From Octopus sinensis (Eukaryota): a stretch of 64,000 bases of DNA. A model generated the notes under the pieces. That model did not search any database, was not told the DNA's origin, and saw only the letters and a list, made by a program, of their open reading frames with translations. Numbering within the stretch: position 1 is the first letter of the stretch; every line of letters begins with the position of its first letter. Both the position numbers and the translations under genes were made by a program. The stretch is taken from the NCBI RefSeq assembly GCF_006345805.1, contig NC_042999.1, positions 64,852,001 through 64,916,000 on the forward strand, written 5' to 3'. Below are positions 1 to 10,321 of this stretch, one piece after another.

Positions 1-211
1 TACCCTTTCTTCTGGACACGTACAACCTATCGGTGTCACTTTTAGGGTAGAAGGCTTCGTGTACTGTCAACATTTTTCTGGTCTTGGTATCCATTTTCTT
101 CATCAATCTCTTTCGCCGTTTTATAATTCCGCTCGATAACGAAGTCATGCCGTCCACCACGTATTAACTGCTTGGATTTTATTCCATCTAGCCAATTTTC
201 CATCCAGTCAA
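1..211 (-). mobile_element. R4/Dong-clade non-LTR retrotransposon fragment; near-identical copy of 937-1148, cut by the window edge
   Basis: Matches 937-1148 except for one C indel (ATAATTCCGCTC vs ATAATTCCCGCTC). Minus frame reads ..MKKMDTKTRKMLTVHEAFYPKSDTDRLYVSRRK. Confidence 0.85.
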
Positions 212-258
<47 letters not shown>

Positions 259-298
259 TATTGTTATTATTATTATTGTTATTATTATTATTATTATA

Positions 299-332
<34 letters not shown>
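212..332. repeat. (ATT)n/(TAA)n microsatellite between two R4/Dong copies
   Basis: Direct reading. Confidence 0.98.
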
Positions 333-1147
333 TGATGAAACCTCACAGCTTATTTTGCTGGGTATGATGGCAAGTGTCAGCTATCCACAGTCAGCAGACT
401 AAGGTGACATTTGTTTACTGGTCATGCTTCAAGAACCCTGCAAAGAGTAATTCCTTCTGGAGTTTGTTCATACCACGTCTTTGTTCTTTGTAGGCCGTGA
501 TTTCCAAAGAGCTTTCAATGGATCATTTTTGCCACATTGTTATGGCATCTTTTGCATTTGTGATGTGCCAATTTTGGGCATTCGCTAACAATGTACCATA
601 CCATTTCACCCCTCACACCACATATTCTGCCATTGTCGCTATCGGTAGTGTTGTTAATTCAGCACTTCATATAATTGGGCGTTAATACTTGTTCCTGAAC
701 TGCGCATATGAATGCTTCTTTCTCTATCTTCCGTGCATTTTCCTTCCATGCTTTTTCTTCTTTTTTATTTTTTAGTTAATTTATTGCTTAAATTTTTCTT
801 TAGTTACACAGTTTTCAGTTTTGATGACAGGCCTTCTTCGTGTGTTTCAACATTGGCTCCGCGACATTTGTTATATACCATCCTACGCTGTCTTCCTTTG
901 CTTCGATACTGTTCTGGCAACTGATCAAACTTCTCCTACCCTTTCTTCTGGACACGTACAACCTATCGGTGTCACTTTTAGGGTAGAAGGCTTCGTGTAC
1001 TGTCAACATTTTTCTGGTCTTGGTATCCATTTTCTTCATCAATCTCTTTCGCCGTTTTATAATTCCCGCTCGATAACGAAGTCATGCCGTCCACCACGTA
1101 TTAACTGCTTGGATTTTATTCCATCTAGCCAATTTTCCATCCAGTCA
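333..1147 (-). mobile_element. 5'-truncated, internally deleted R4/Dong-clade LINE remnant (post-RT region, CCHC knuckle, 3' tail)
   Basis: Minus frames give DGWNKIQAVNTW, MDTKTRKMLTVHEAFYPKSDTDRLYVSRRKGRRSLIS and RICGVRGEMVWYIVSECPKLAHHKCKRCHNNVAKMIH..WYEQTPEG. These match the DRKTRK..HPKSDVDRLY..RK.GGRGL and CxxC..H..C/RHD motifs of R4-clade ORFs. Stops and frameshifts are present; the endonuclease domain is missing. Confidence 0.85.
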
Positions 1148-1148
1148 A

Positions 1149-1200
<52 letters not shown>

Positions 1201-1213
1201 GTTATTATTATTA

Positions 1214-1267
<54 letters not shown>
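1148..1267. repeat. (ATT)n/(TAA)n microsatellite joining two R4/Dong fragments
   Basis: Direct reading. Confidence 0.98.
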
Positions 1268-1269
<2 letters not shown>

Positions 1270-1812
1270 TTTGAATCTGTATGTTTGCTACAATAACTTT
1301 CCGAGACACACTCAGAGTCCTAGAGCGAGTGAAGGATAAGAGATGTTATAGTATGACTGAAAGCTTGGGGAGGGGAGGTGATAAAGACAATAGTGAAATA
1401 TTCATATAATATAACAGACATTTAAATTGATAGGGTTTTTCTAAGGATATGGGCAGTACTTGTCATCACAATCTTTTGGATTTCTCTAAGACATGGTTCT
1501 CTTGGGATGTTGTCTAGGTGTTTCTGATATCCCTACTTTTAATCATACCTGGGGAACCAACAATAACAGGAATAGTTCTTGCTTTAAGATGCCACATGCT
1601 TTTCATTTCAATTTCCACGTCCTTATATTTACTTAATTTGTCAAATACTTTTACAAATATATTTTTTAGCAGTGGGGACACTTGCATCTATTAATCGACA
1701 AGTATTTTCTTCCTGTCTTTAATAATTATGTCTGGTCGATTATCCTGGATCGTTCTATCGGTGAAAATCTCAGATAATATTGGCATTTTTACCTTCAACG
1801 ACTGGACCAGAG
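1268..1812 (-). mobile_element. R4/Dong-clade LINE 3' fragment: restriction-like (PD-D/ExK) endonuclease and 3' UTR
   Basis: Minus frames give TDRTIQDNRPDIIIKDRKNTCRLIDASVP, SKYKDVEIEMKSMWHLKARTIPVIVG and STAHILRKTLSI* (stop at 1422-1424). Both ends abut TAA-type repeats. Confidence 0.9.
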
Positions 1813-2576
1813 TTATTATTGTTATTATCCTCCTCCTCCTCCTCTTCCTCCTCCTCCTCCTCCTCATTATTATTATTTTACTTGGTGCACCTACTCTGGT
1901 TGTCCACCGGTTTCACAAAAGTTTCTCTTTGGAGCACATAACCAAACTTTTAATAGTATTTTCGAAACAATGAGAAATTAAAAAAAAACACCCTTTAAAA
2001 ACATTTAAATCATTCTGAAAGAATCTTCATGTTTTACGCTTCTTGTAGTAGTATTGGTAGTTATATCGGCGACAAAAAAAAATTGACAATAACAAGAATA
2101 GCAAAAGCAACGAAAACGACACCGACTAGAACAAATAATAAAACGAAACAGGCTATTAACCCAATCAATCGTTGAGGCTATTATTTCTTCTTACCGATTC
2201 TGCTAGATTTATTGCACAAGAGGGATTCAAATGATAAAGCAACAGACGCTGCATAAAACGCATTTCATTCTAACCAGAATTGTAAATCCGTCTAAATTCA
2301 AAGCTTCAAATGGAAATCATACTGATGACACCTTCTGTGTTTTTTTTTTTTATACAAAAATAAAAAAGAGGATATATCTTTTACGGTTTTTTCGATGAGT
2401 ACACTGACTAGAAAATCAGCGTAGGATGTAGTCTACTTGAAATTTATTATCGGATTAATTCAATTCCCCGATGAAATATAAAATATGTAAATTCGATTTA
2501 ACGTATAATTACCCCGAGTGGTATTGATTTTAAAATTATCATCTACAATATTGGTTGCAGACACACAATTACTTAC

Positions 2577-2660
2577 AATAATTGACTGGGTGAAAACTTC
2601 TTTCCCTGGGTTGCTACTATAAAATGACGTGAAGTGGCATTGATATGACCAAAGAATTGC
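2577..2660 (-). CDS. Candidate 84-nt internal exon of an unidentified gene
   Basis: Minus strand: TTCCAG acceptor and GTAAGT donor; length divisible by 3. Two open frames: AILWSYQCHFTSFYSSNPGKEVFTQSII or QFFGHINATSRHFIVATQGKKFSPSQL. No homology recognised. Confidence 0.25.
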
Positions 2661-2665
2661 CTGGA

Positions 2666-2704
<39 letters not shown>

Positions 2705-2726
2705 ATAATATATATATATATATATA

Positions 2727-2758
<32 letters not shown>

Positions 2759-2760
2759 GT

Positions 2761-3060
2761 AGGTCCCGGTTGATTCGGGGTTAACCACAGTAAATAAGGT
2801 ACTCAATACATAGCAGAGTAAAATTAATTTATTATATAGAAGGAGCTTCTACAGGACTAGAACTGTTTCATTCAAGAGAAATCTTCAGGAAGCTAGTTAA
2901 CAAGAATTGTGTTGGCATTTATACAACAAACACAATATATGTTTTTTTGTGCTGATATTAGTTTCATGTGGTGAGAGCATGCCAGACAGCATTTTTTAAC
3001 ACAATCTTCAAGTACTAGCGCCGCTGATGTGTTAAAAACACTGCCTGAAAAGCATATATA
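2761..3060 (-). mobile_element. Probable Penelope-like terminal (pseudo-LTR) fragment carrying hammerhead family H1, between (TA)n tracts
   Basis: Contains the H1 hammerhead. A 96-bp block (2829-2924) recurs at 3354-3449. A minus frame ends ..CINANTILVN* just before the ribozyme. The Penelope assignment is inferred from the known PLE-hammerhead association. Confidence 0.5.
2844..2894 (-). ncRNA. Type I hammerhead ribozyme motif (family H1), intact
   Basis: Minus strand reads AGCTTC-CTGAAGA-T-TTC-TCTT-GAA-T-GAAA-CAG-TTCTAGTC-CTG-TA^GAAGCT. Helix I is 6 perfect bp, core CUGAAGA/GAAA, helix II 3 bp plus U.U, helix III ACAG/CTGT. Predicted GUA cleavage between 2850 and 2849. Confidence 0.8.
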
Positions 3061-3066
3061 TATATA

Positions 3067-3268
3067 GGGAGAGTTTATGAAAAAAAACAAAAGACGAAGA
3101 CAGGTGGTGTACAAAGCAAACATATGTATTAGTATAACGCTCAGGAATAGAAAAAGTCTTTTACGTTTCGAGCCTACGCTCTTCTACAGAAAGGAATACA
3201 GAAAAAGCAAGGAGAGAAACAAGGAGAGATAAAAATGTGTGTTGTGGCTAACGATCTATCAAGGCGAT
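3067..3268 (-). repeat. Dispersed ~200-bp repeat with Penelope-end-like CTGTAGAAGAGCGTAGGCTCGAAACG motif (mirror 4334-4532; homologue 28300-28490)
   Basis: Three copies align by eye. Confidence 0.75.
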
Positions 3269-3312
3269 GTATGTATATGTATACATACATACATATATAC
3301 ATACATACATTC

Positions 3313-3358
<46 letters not shown>

Positions 3359-3369
3359 TATATAGAAGG

Positions 3370-3419
3370 AGCTCTACAGGACTAGAACTGTTTCATTCAA
3401 GAGAAATCTTGAGGAAGCT
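3370..3419 (-). ncRNA. Hammerhead H1, damaged copy
   Basis: Same sequence as 2844-2894, but the core reads CTCAAGA and helix I lacks one base. Confidence 0.55.
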
Positions 3420-4183
3420 AGTTAACAAGAATTGTATTGGCATTTATACATTTAGGCAGGTTTAACGGGGTTTTGGTGGGGGACTTTTTTGGGGGTAGGC
3501 ATAGCGCAAAATATCATCTTGGGGGAGTGGTCAAGGAGTCATGTTAAATTAGATAGAAGAATACATAAAAAAACAAAAACCAAAACCATAAAAAAAATAA
3601 AAAAATAAAAAAACCTATATATAAAAAAAACTATATATAAAAAAAGGGGGAATAGAGTTTTGGTTAAATAAGGAGATTCTCATCTTATACCTATGCACAC
3701 ATGTATACATACATACACACACATACAAAAATATATACATATCCATACACACATAATACACACCCATAATAGATACATATATATACATTACACATACACA
3801 TATATGTGTATATCTATGTGTATATATATGTATATATAGTGTGTGTATGTATGTGGTATGTATATGTATATATGTTTGTATGTGTGTGTATGATGTATAC
3901 ATGTGGATTATGTATAAGTGAGAATCTCCTTATTACCTAAAATCTCTATTCCCCCTTTTTATATATAGGTTTTTTTTAATATAGGTTTTTTATTTTTTAT
4001 TTTATTTTTATTTTTTTATTTTTTTATTTTTTATTTTTTATTATTCTTCTATCTAATTTAACACTGACTCCGACCCACTCCCCCAAGTATGATATTTTGC
4101 GCATGCCTACCCCCAAAAAGTCCCCCACCAACACCCCGTTTAAACCTGCCTAAATGTTAAATGCCAATACAATTCTTGTTAAT

Positions 4184-4232
4184 AGCTCCTGAAGATTTCT
4201 CTTGAATGAACAGTTCTGTCCTAGAAGAAGCT
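4184..4232 (+). ncRNA. Hammerhead H1, mirror copy in the palindrome arm, damaged by indels
   Basis: AGCTC-CTGAAGA-TTTCTCTTGAAT-GAA-CAGTTCTGTCCTAGAAGAAGCT. The CUGAAGA core is intact; GAAA and helix III are disrupted. Confidence 0.55.
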
Positions 4233-4982
4233 CCTTCTATATAATACATATATATATATAAAATATATATTATAGACATATATATATATATGATGTATGT
4301 ATGTATATATGTATGTATGTATACATATACATACATCGCCTTGATAGAATCGTTAGCCACAACACACATTTTTTATCTCTCCTTGTTCTCTCCTGATTTT
4401 TCTGGTTCCTTTCTGTAGAAGAGCGTAGGCTCGAAACGTAAAAGACTTTTTCTATCCTGAGCGTTATACTAATACATATGTTTGCTTGTACACCACCTGT
4501 CTTCGTCTTTTGTTTTTTTCATAAACTCTCCCTATATATAATATGCTTTTCAGGCAGTGTTTTAACACATCAGCGGCGCGGCGCTAGTACTTGAAGATTG
4601 TGTTAAAAAATGCTGTCTGGCATGCTCTCACCACATGAAACTAATATCAGCACAAAAAAACATATATTGTGTTTGTTAAACAATTTTCCCCTCTATAAAT
4701 TTAGGGACAATGCAACCTGCAATTAACGATTTAGCAAAGAATCATATTTCATTGCAAAATATAAACCCTCTTTTGAATGCTTCTACCACGGGTGACACTA
4801 CTACAGGGATCTTAAATTAATACCAAACAGAAATATTGAAAACAATAGATATTTTGGAACAGTCGCTACCCACGAATTTATTTAGAACAATCCCTGCTAC
4901 TACTGCTACTACAACCACTGTGAGGCCACTTGACCATTAAAGCAGATTCCACGGACAGCCTTTACTACAGGACAATACCGCT

Positions 4983-5245
4983 CTTCTTCTTCTTCTTCTT
5001 CTTCTTCTTCTTCTTCTTCTTCCTTCTTCTTCTTCTTTCCCTCTATCTTCTTCGCCTTCACTTTCTTCGGCCGCTGATGCTTCAACCATTAAACTGCAGA
5101 ATCAAATATATCTTTGTAACCACAAACACAATTTTTCAGATCTGCTACTATCTACCTTATGAACTTTCACAAAGGAAGAAAGAGAGAGAGAGTGAGAGAG
5201 AGAGAGAGAGAGAGACAGAGAGAGGGAGAGAGAGACAGAGGCAGA
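4983..5245. repeat. (CTT)n tract (4983-5037) and (GA)n tract (~5180-5245)
   Basis: Direct reading. Confidence 0.95.
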
Positions 5246-5994
5246 CAGATAGAAAAAAAGGAAACTGTCCTACCTATTTGGAAATATTTACAAAATATTT
5301 CATTCAATTTCTTCTTCAATTTAAATGTTTTTTCTTCCAAAATAATATCCATCTTTGTTTTACTCTTAGTTGAAAAAGTCGAAATGACAGAAACCGGTAC
5401 TAATCATTACAAAATGTATTTCATGATAAAATTATTTTAGGCATTTTCTAACTTGTCATATTTTCCTTATAATTATATATAGCTTACAACAGTGAACGAT
5501 AGTGTTAAGTATTGGATTAAATGAAGCTTGGAGGCTTCCCATGGTACTCCAGCTAACATCTTCTGTAAGCACTACAGATGTTCTACCATTGTACCAAATC
5601 ATCCCTACCAATTTCTCCATCTGTTTAAGAGCGTTGTTCTTACCTGCGAGAATAGTATATTTTATATTTCTCTTCCTACGAATTCCCTAAGCTCTCATGA
5701 CATAAACAGCATACCATTATTGCTGGTATGAACAAAGCTTCTAAAGCGGATGGAGGAATGGGAAAGATTGCTTTGGTACAGTGGCAAGGCATCTGTTATG
5801 TATGCTGCAGATGAAGGTTCGAGTCTTTTTGAGCAGTGTTTGACTTTTCTCAATTTAAGGTTCTTTTTAAACCGAATATTTACACGCTGTTACGCATAGT
5901 CTTATTTAGTCACATCCCATCGTTAACACTTATTTATTTCACGTTTACATACATACATACATACATACAAGCATACATACATACATACACACAA

Positions 5995-6028
<34 letters not shown>

Positions 6029-6052
6029 CTTTTAGGTTTTATCTTTTACATT

Positions 6053-6296
6053 TTTCAGTCATTAGACTGCGGCCATGCTGGGGTACCACCTTGAAGAATT
6101 TGTAGTCAAATGCATGGATATATAGTATATTTATACATCGGGCTTCTTTCAGTTTCCGCCTACTAAATGCACTCACAAGACTTTGATCGGACCGAGGCTG
6201 TAGTAGAAGACACTTGCGCAAGATAAGATGCAGCAGGACTGAACCAAAATATATGTGCTGGGAAGCAAGCTACTTACCACACAGACACGCATGCGC
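6053..6296 (-). mobile_element. tRNA-type SINE, family A, short variant
   Basis: Reverse complement carries the family A head (GTGTGGTAAGTAGCTTGCTT..GGTTCAGTCC) and tail (CAGCATGGCCGCAGTC..TGACTGAAA). Confidence 0.85.
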
Positions 6297-6464
6297 TTAT
6301 ACACACACACAAATAAAACCATAGTGGAAACCGTGTCTGTACATAAGGAAGAGTGTTGATAATAATAACAGTAGCATCCAAAACGCTAGTCTCCACACAC
6401 ATACATATAGATGGTGCGTGTGTGAAATGAGTAGTTGTAAATATATATGAATACATTATATTAT

Positions 6465-6548
6465 CAGTAACAACAACAACAGCAATAATTTGAATAATAA
6501 TTGTTATTGTTATTGTCGTTATTATTATTATTACTGTTATTATTATTA

Positions 6549-6603
<55 letters not shown>
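6465..6603. repeat. (AAC)n/(ATT)n compound microsatellite
   Basis: Direct reading. Confidence 0.95.
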
Positions 6604-6604
<1 letters not shown>

Positions 6605-7033
6605 ATATATCTTCAGGAAAGTTAATGATAACATTTCAATTTTTGAGACTCCAGAAAACAAAGGAGAGAAAGAAATATGATTAGTTTTTGTTTTATTATT
6701 ACATTTAAGAAAGGAAATGAAAATGTATTATAATTTTTGCCGTTGTTTACTGAAAATATAGAAAAATAAAGCAAGCAACAAAGTGAGACTTATTACTAGT
6801 TCACTGTTATGTGTGTGATTGTATAATGAGATTCAATAGTTGAGGGAATAAAATGATAGACTGTGTCACGTCTATTTTACTGACACATATACGAACATTA
6901 CCGAATGCTATTTTGTCTTGGCATGGTCTAAAGAAGAACCTTTTGCCACATCAGTGTCGTATTACAGATATATGGCGCATATAGTTACCGTGCGCAACCG
7001 TCCACGAGCATTTGAGGAAACTAATATAAATAG

Positions 7034-7734
7034 TTATTGGAAAACAAAAAATCCTAATATCAGGCTACAACAAGTAATCTTCTATGCCAAGAACCCTCCT
7101 AAGTATTCTAGCTGTCCCTAATAACATTGTTTCCTGGAGCTGTACTACACTGGGTTTTATGCCTGTTTCCTCTGTCTATCTCTTCAGATCTTTAGGGATA
7201 GTTCTCAATGCACCTATAACTACTGGGATACAGTTTACCCGTACTTTCCAAAGTCTCTGTAATTCAATGAGTAGGTCCTCGTATTTCGCTAGTTTTTCTA
7301 TATCTCTCATATTGATTTTTTTTTCATTTGGGACTGTAAACACAATTATCTGGCATTTTCTATTTTCTTTATCTACTACCACTAAATCACGCCTTCTAGC
7401 ATCTATTACTCTGTCTGTCTGAATGTTAAAGTCAACAACATCTTGTATTTCTTAATTTCTAGTACTTTAATAGGTTGAACCATTTATACCATTTATACCA
7501 TTTATCAGTATGTTAAAATCCTAGCTTTCCAAATAAATCGTAGTGGATTACTCTCCCTAGGTTGTCGTGTCTTTTTCCTATTATTTCTGTGCCAGCGTGT
7601 TCCATTCACTTACTATGAGTAACGCTTTCCTCTTTTTATTTACATAACCTATATTGGGAATCTACTTGGTTTTTGTGTATCTTGGCTTATAACCAATTCG
7701 TCCTTAATGCCTGATGTTGTGCAGCCACTAGCAA

Positions 7735-7736
<2 letters not shown>
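7034..7736 (-). mobile_element. R4/Dong-clade LINE 3' fragment (CCHC region and restriction-like endonuclease)
   Basis: Minus frames give AAQHQALRTNW..RHDNLGRVIH..KWY..NIQTDRVIDARRRDLVVVDKENRKCQII..EKLAKYEDLLIELQRLWKVRVNCIPVVIGAL..GTARILRRVLG (includes ORF 7176-7382). The 5' junction is at a (TAG)n tract. Confidence 0.9.
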
Positions 7737-7768
<32 letters not shown>

Positions 7769-7789
7769 GTGCATGCTTATTTAGTGAGC

Positions 7790-8400
7790 TGGTATTTTAT
7801 TTTGAAGAATTTTTCTAAGGATTCTTGCAGAATATAAAATGGTAGTTTACTAGTCGACAAGGCAAGTTTCGTTTTCAATTTCTTTATTTTTTTAGGCAGC
7901 GTTTTGAGTGTTGTGCCAAGTGCATCTATTAATAAATAATAGAAATTAATCTATTAATAACTAATAGAAATAATTGCTGTCTTGGTCTTCCACAGTCTCC
8001 TGAGCTCTCTGGGCAGATACTGAGATTTCTCAATATTTACCATTTCTTTATTATCGACTCTGTTATCATAGGCAATTGAAAAACTTATCATCTTGCACTG
8101 TTTGTTTACTCTGCCCTCTATGATCATGTCTGGTCTTCTTTCCTCAGTAGTACGGTCAGTCTTTATGGCGAAGACATAATTTTCATTTTCTATCACAACC
8201 CCTTGTTTCTACTGATACCACTTTTCTATTGCTTTGAAGCCACATTCGTGACTAACATCGCAATGCCCTCATTTACACGCACAGTCTTGTCTGTACTCCT
8301 TTTTTTAGTACTTGTACTCACTCAAAATGTGATACTCTCATCTCTTTTCCTGCAAATTCTACATTTGCTGTCTAAGTTTTGTCGATCTCCTTTATCAAAT
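7790..8400 (-). mobile_element. Further, more degraded R4/Dong-clade 3' fragment
   Basis: Minus frames give SKCRICRKRDESI..WY, IKTDRTTEERRPDMIIEGRVNKQCKMISFSIAYDNRVDNKE..EKSQYLPRELRRLWKTK (ORF 7954-8196) and SARILRKIL. Confidence 0.85.
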
Positions 8401-8434
8401 TTACTATATACAACATACATACATACATATATAT

Positions 8435-8510
<76 letters not shown>

Positions 8511-8884
8511 GTATATATATATTTACAAAACATATTTGCATGAAGTACGAAAGATACAGAAAACTAAGAGCTGAAGATAACGTATAGCAGGTCCGACTGC
8601 TGTTCCTAGTGGGTCGGAATTACGAAACAATTATAATGTTAGCATATGGAGTGTGCAAAATGATAAAAGAATATGCAATGTGTAGTGCATGCTTATAAAC
8701 ACCCTCATTCTCACGCGCGCATGAGCAATCGCACGCACACACACACATACAAGCACATACGCACACGCACTTACACACACATGTATATATATATATACAT
8801 ACATACATATATATATATGTATATATACATACATATATATATTGCCTCGAATGGACTGGAGTATTTCTATTTTGGATGTATTTG

Positions 8885-8954
8885 CCACATGTATCACTGA
8901 CGAAGAGAGGGCTCTAGGAGCTAACTCTGAAATCGTCTGATATGGTAATAATGG
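8885..8954 (+). ncRNA. Type I hammerhead H2, copy 1
   Basis: TATCA-CTGACGA(8897)-AGAG..CTCT-GAAA-TCG-TC-TGATA^TGGTA. Helix III appears one G short relative to copies 2 and 3. Confidence 0.7.
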
Positions 8955-9382
8955 AATTTTTAGAAATTTCTGTCGACCTTTTTCGAGTAGCGTGCGTATT
9001 GTGAAAAAATTATATGGTAATGGACAATATGTCCAATTTTTCGGCATATTTGGCATTAGAATTTTTTTCCTTTGCCCTCATTTATGAATTGTTTATAAAT
9101 TTAACCGTTAAAGGTATTTTTTAATATGTTGGCCATTGATAAAATTTTTTTCGAGAAAATATTTTTTTTCGAAAAGAATTTTATCCTCACATTTGATATA
9201 AATTTAAGCGTTAACTTCCGAACTAACTAACTCACTCTGTGAGAGCCTCAGTTCAAATCGCACGTGCCTCGAATGGGCTGGAGTATTTCTATTTTGGATG
9301 TATTTGGGGTACTTAGTTGTGCCCATGACTTAGTGTTTGCTTCTTCCATGGGTATGTTTAAGTATCTCATTTATTTCTTTTG

Positions 9383-9454
9383 CCACATGTATCACTGACG
9401 AAGAGAGGGCTCTTAGTAGCTAACTCTGAAATCGGTCCGATATGGTAATAATGG
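9383..9454 (+). ncRNA. Type I hammerhead H2, copy 2 (best formed)
   Basis: Helix I TATCA/TGGTA plus CCA/TGG after an internal loop. Core CTGACGA 9395-9401; helix II AGAG 9402-05 / CTCT 9424-27; GAAA 9428-31; helix III ATCG/CGAT with GTC loop. Predicted AUA cleavage after 9442. Confidence 0.88.
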
Positions 9455-9752
9455 AATTTTTTAGAAATTTCTGCCGACCTTTTTTCGAGTAGCGTGTGTA
9501 TTGTGAAAAAATTATATGGTTAATGGACAATATGTCCAATTTTTCGGCATATTTGGCATTAGAATTTTTCCTTTGCCCTCATTTATGAATTATATATTAT
9601 ATATATATATATAATATATATATAATATATATATATATATAATATATATAATATATATATATATTATATATACATATATATATATATGTATATATACATA
9701 CATATATATATTGCCTCGAATGGACTGAGTATTTCTATTTTGGATGTATTTG

Positions 9753-9824
9753 CCACATGTATCACTGACGAAGAGAGGGCTCTTAGGAGCTAACTCTGAA
9801 ATCGGTCTGATATGGTAATAATGG
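9753..9824 (+). ncRNA. Type I hammerhead H2, copy 3
   Basis: CTGACGA 9765-71; AGAG/CTCT; GAAA 9798-9801; helix III ATCG/TGAT (one G.U pair); cleavage after 9812. Confidence 0.85.
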
Positions 9825-10250
9825 AATTTTTTAGAATTTCTGTCGACCTTTTTCGAGTAGCGTGCGTATTGTGAAAAAATTATATGGTTAATGGACAATA
9901 TGTCCATTTTTTCGGCATATTTGGCATTAGAATTTTTTTCCTTTGCCTCATTTATGAATTGTTTATAAATTAACCGTTAAAGGTATTTTTTAATATGCTG
10001 GCCATTGATAAAATTTTTTTCGAGAAAATATTTTTTTTCGAAAAGAATTTTATCCTCACATTTGATATAAATTTAAGCGTTAACTTCCGAATAACTAACT
10101 CACTCTGTGAGAGCCTCAGTTCAAATCGCACGTGCCTCGAATGGGCTGGAGTATTTCTATTTTGGATGTATTTGGGGTACTTAGTTGTGCCCATGACTTA
10201 GTGTTTGCTTCTTCCATGGGTATGTTTAAGTATCTCATTTATTTCTTTTG

Positions 10251-10321
10251 CCACATGTATCACTGACGAAGAGAGGGCTCTTAGTAGCTAACTCTGAAAT
10301 CGTCCGATATGGTAATAATGG
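10251..10321 (+). ncRNA. Type I hammerhead H2, copy 4
   Basis: CTGACGA 10263-69; GAAA 10296-99; ATCG-TC-CGAT (one G short); cleavage after 10309. Confidence 0.7.

Larger units (their letters stand above)
2925..4677. repeat. ~1.75-kb imperfect palindrome (fold-back inverted duplication), centre ~3802
   Basis: 2925-3802 is the reverse complement of 3803-4677. The centre is the self-complementary TACACATATATGTGTA (3795-3810). Arm differences are mostly 1-nt indels. Confidence 0.95.
8843..9591 (+). mobile_element. Hammerhead-bearing 1.5-mer tandem element (retrozyme or Penelope pseudo-LTR-like), copy A, within (TA)n
   Basis: Direct repeats 8843-9090 and 9265-9591 each carry one H2 hammerhead. 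Predicted cleavage sites 8942 and 9442 are 500 nt apart. No coding capacity recognised; TA tracts flank both ends. Confidence 0.8.

Noticed and set aside
821-1339. 172-aa plus-strand ORF
   Set aside because: It is antisense to the R4 remnant and runs through (ATT)n as poly-Leu.
4413-4436. CTGTAGAA-GAGC-GTAG-GCTC-GAAA as a third hammerhead (also ~3165-3190 minus and ~28375-28410)
   Set aside because: The helix II hairpin and GAAA are present, but the core has U at A6 and no convincing helix I could be built; the 28-kb copy is more degenerate. Kept only as a Penelope-end-like repeat.
4710-4985. Thr-rich frame MQPAINDLAKNH..TTATTTTVRPLDH
   Set aside because: Two in-frame stops, no convincing splice boundaries and no recognised motif.
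5640-5660. Minus-strand CTATTCTCGCAG|GTAAGA as an exon end or recursive splice site
   Set aside because: Upstream frames contain stops and the pyrimidine tract is short; such 7-mers occur by chance in AT-rich DNA.
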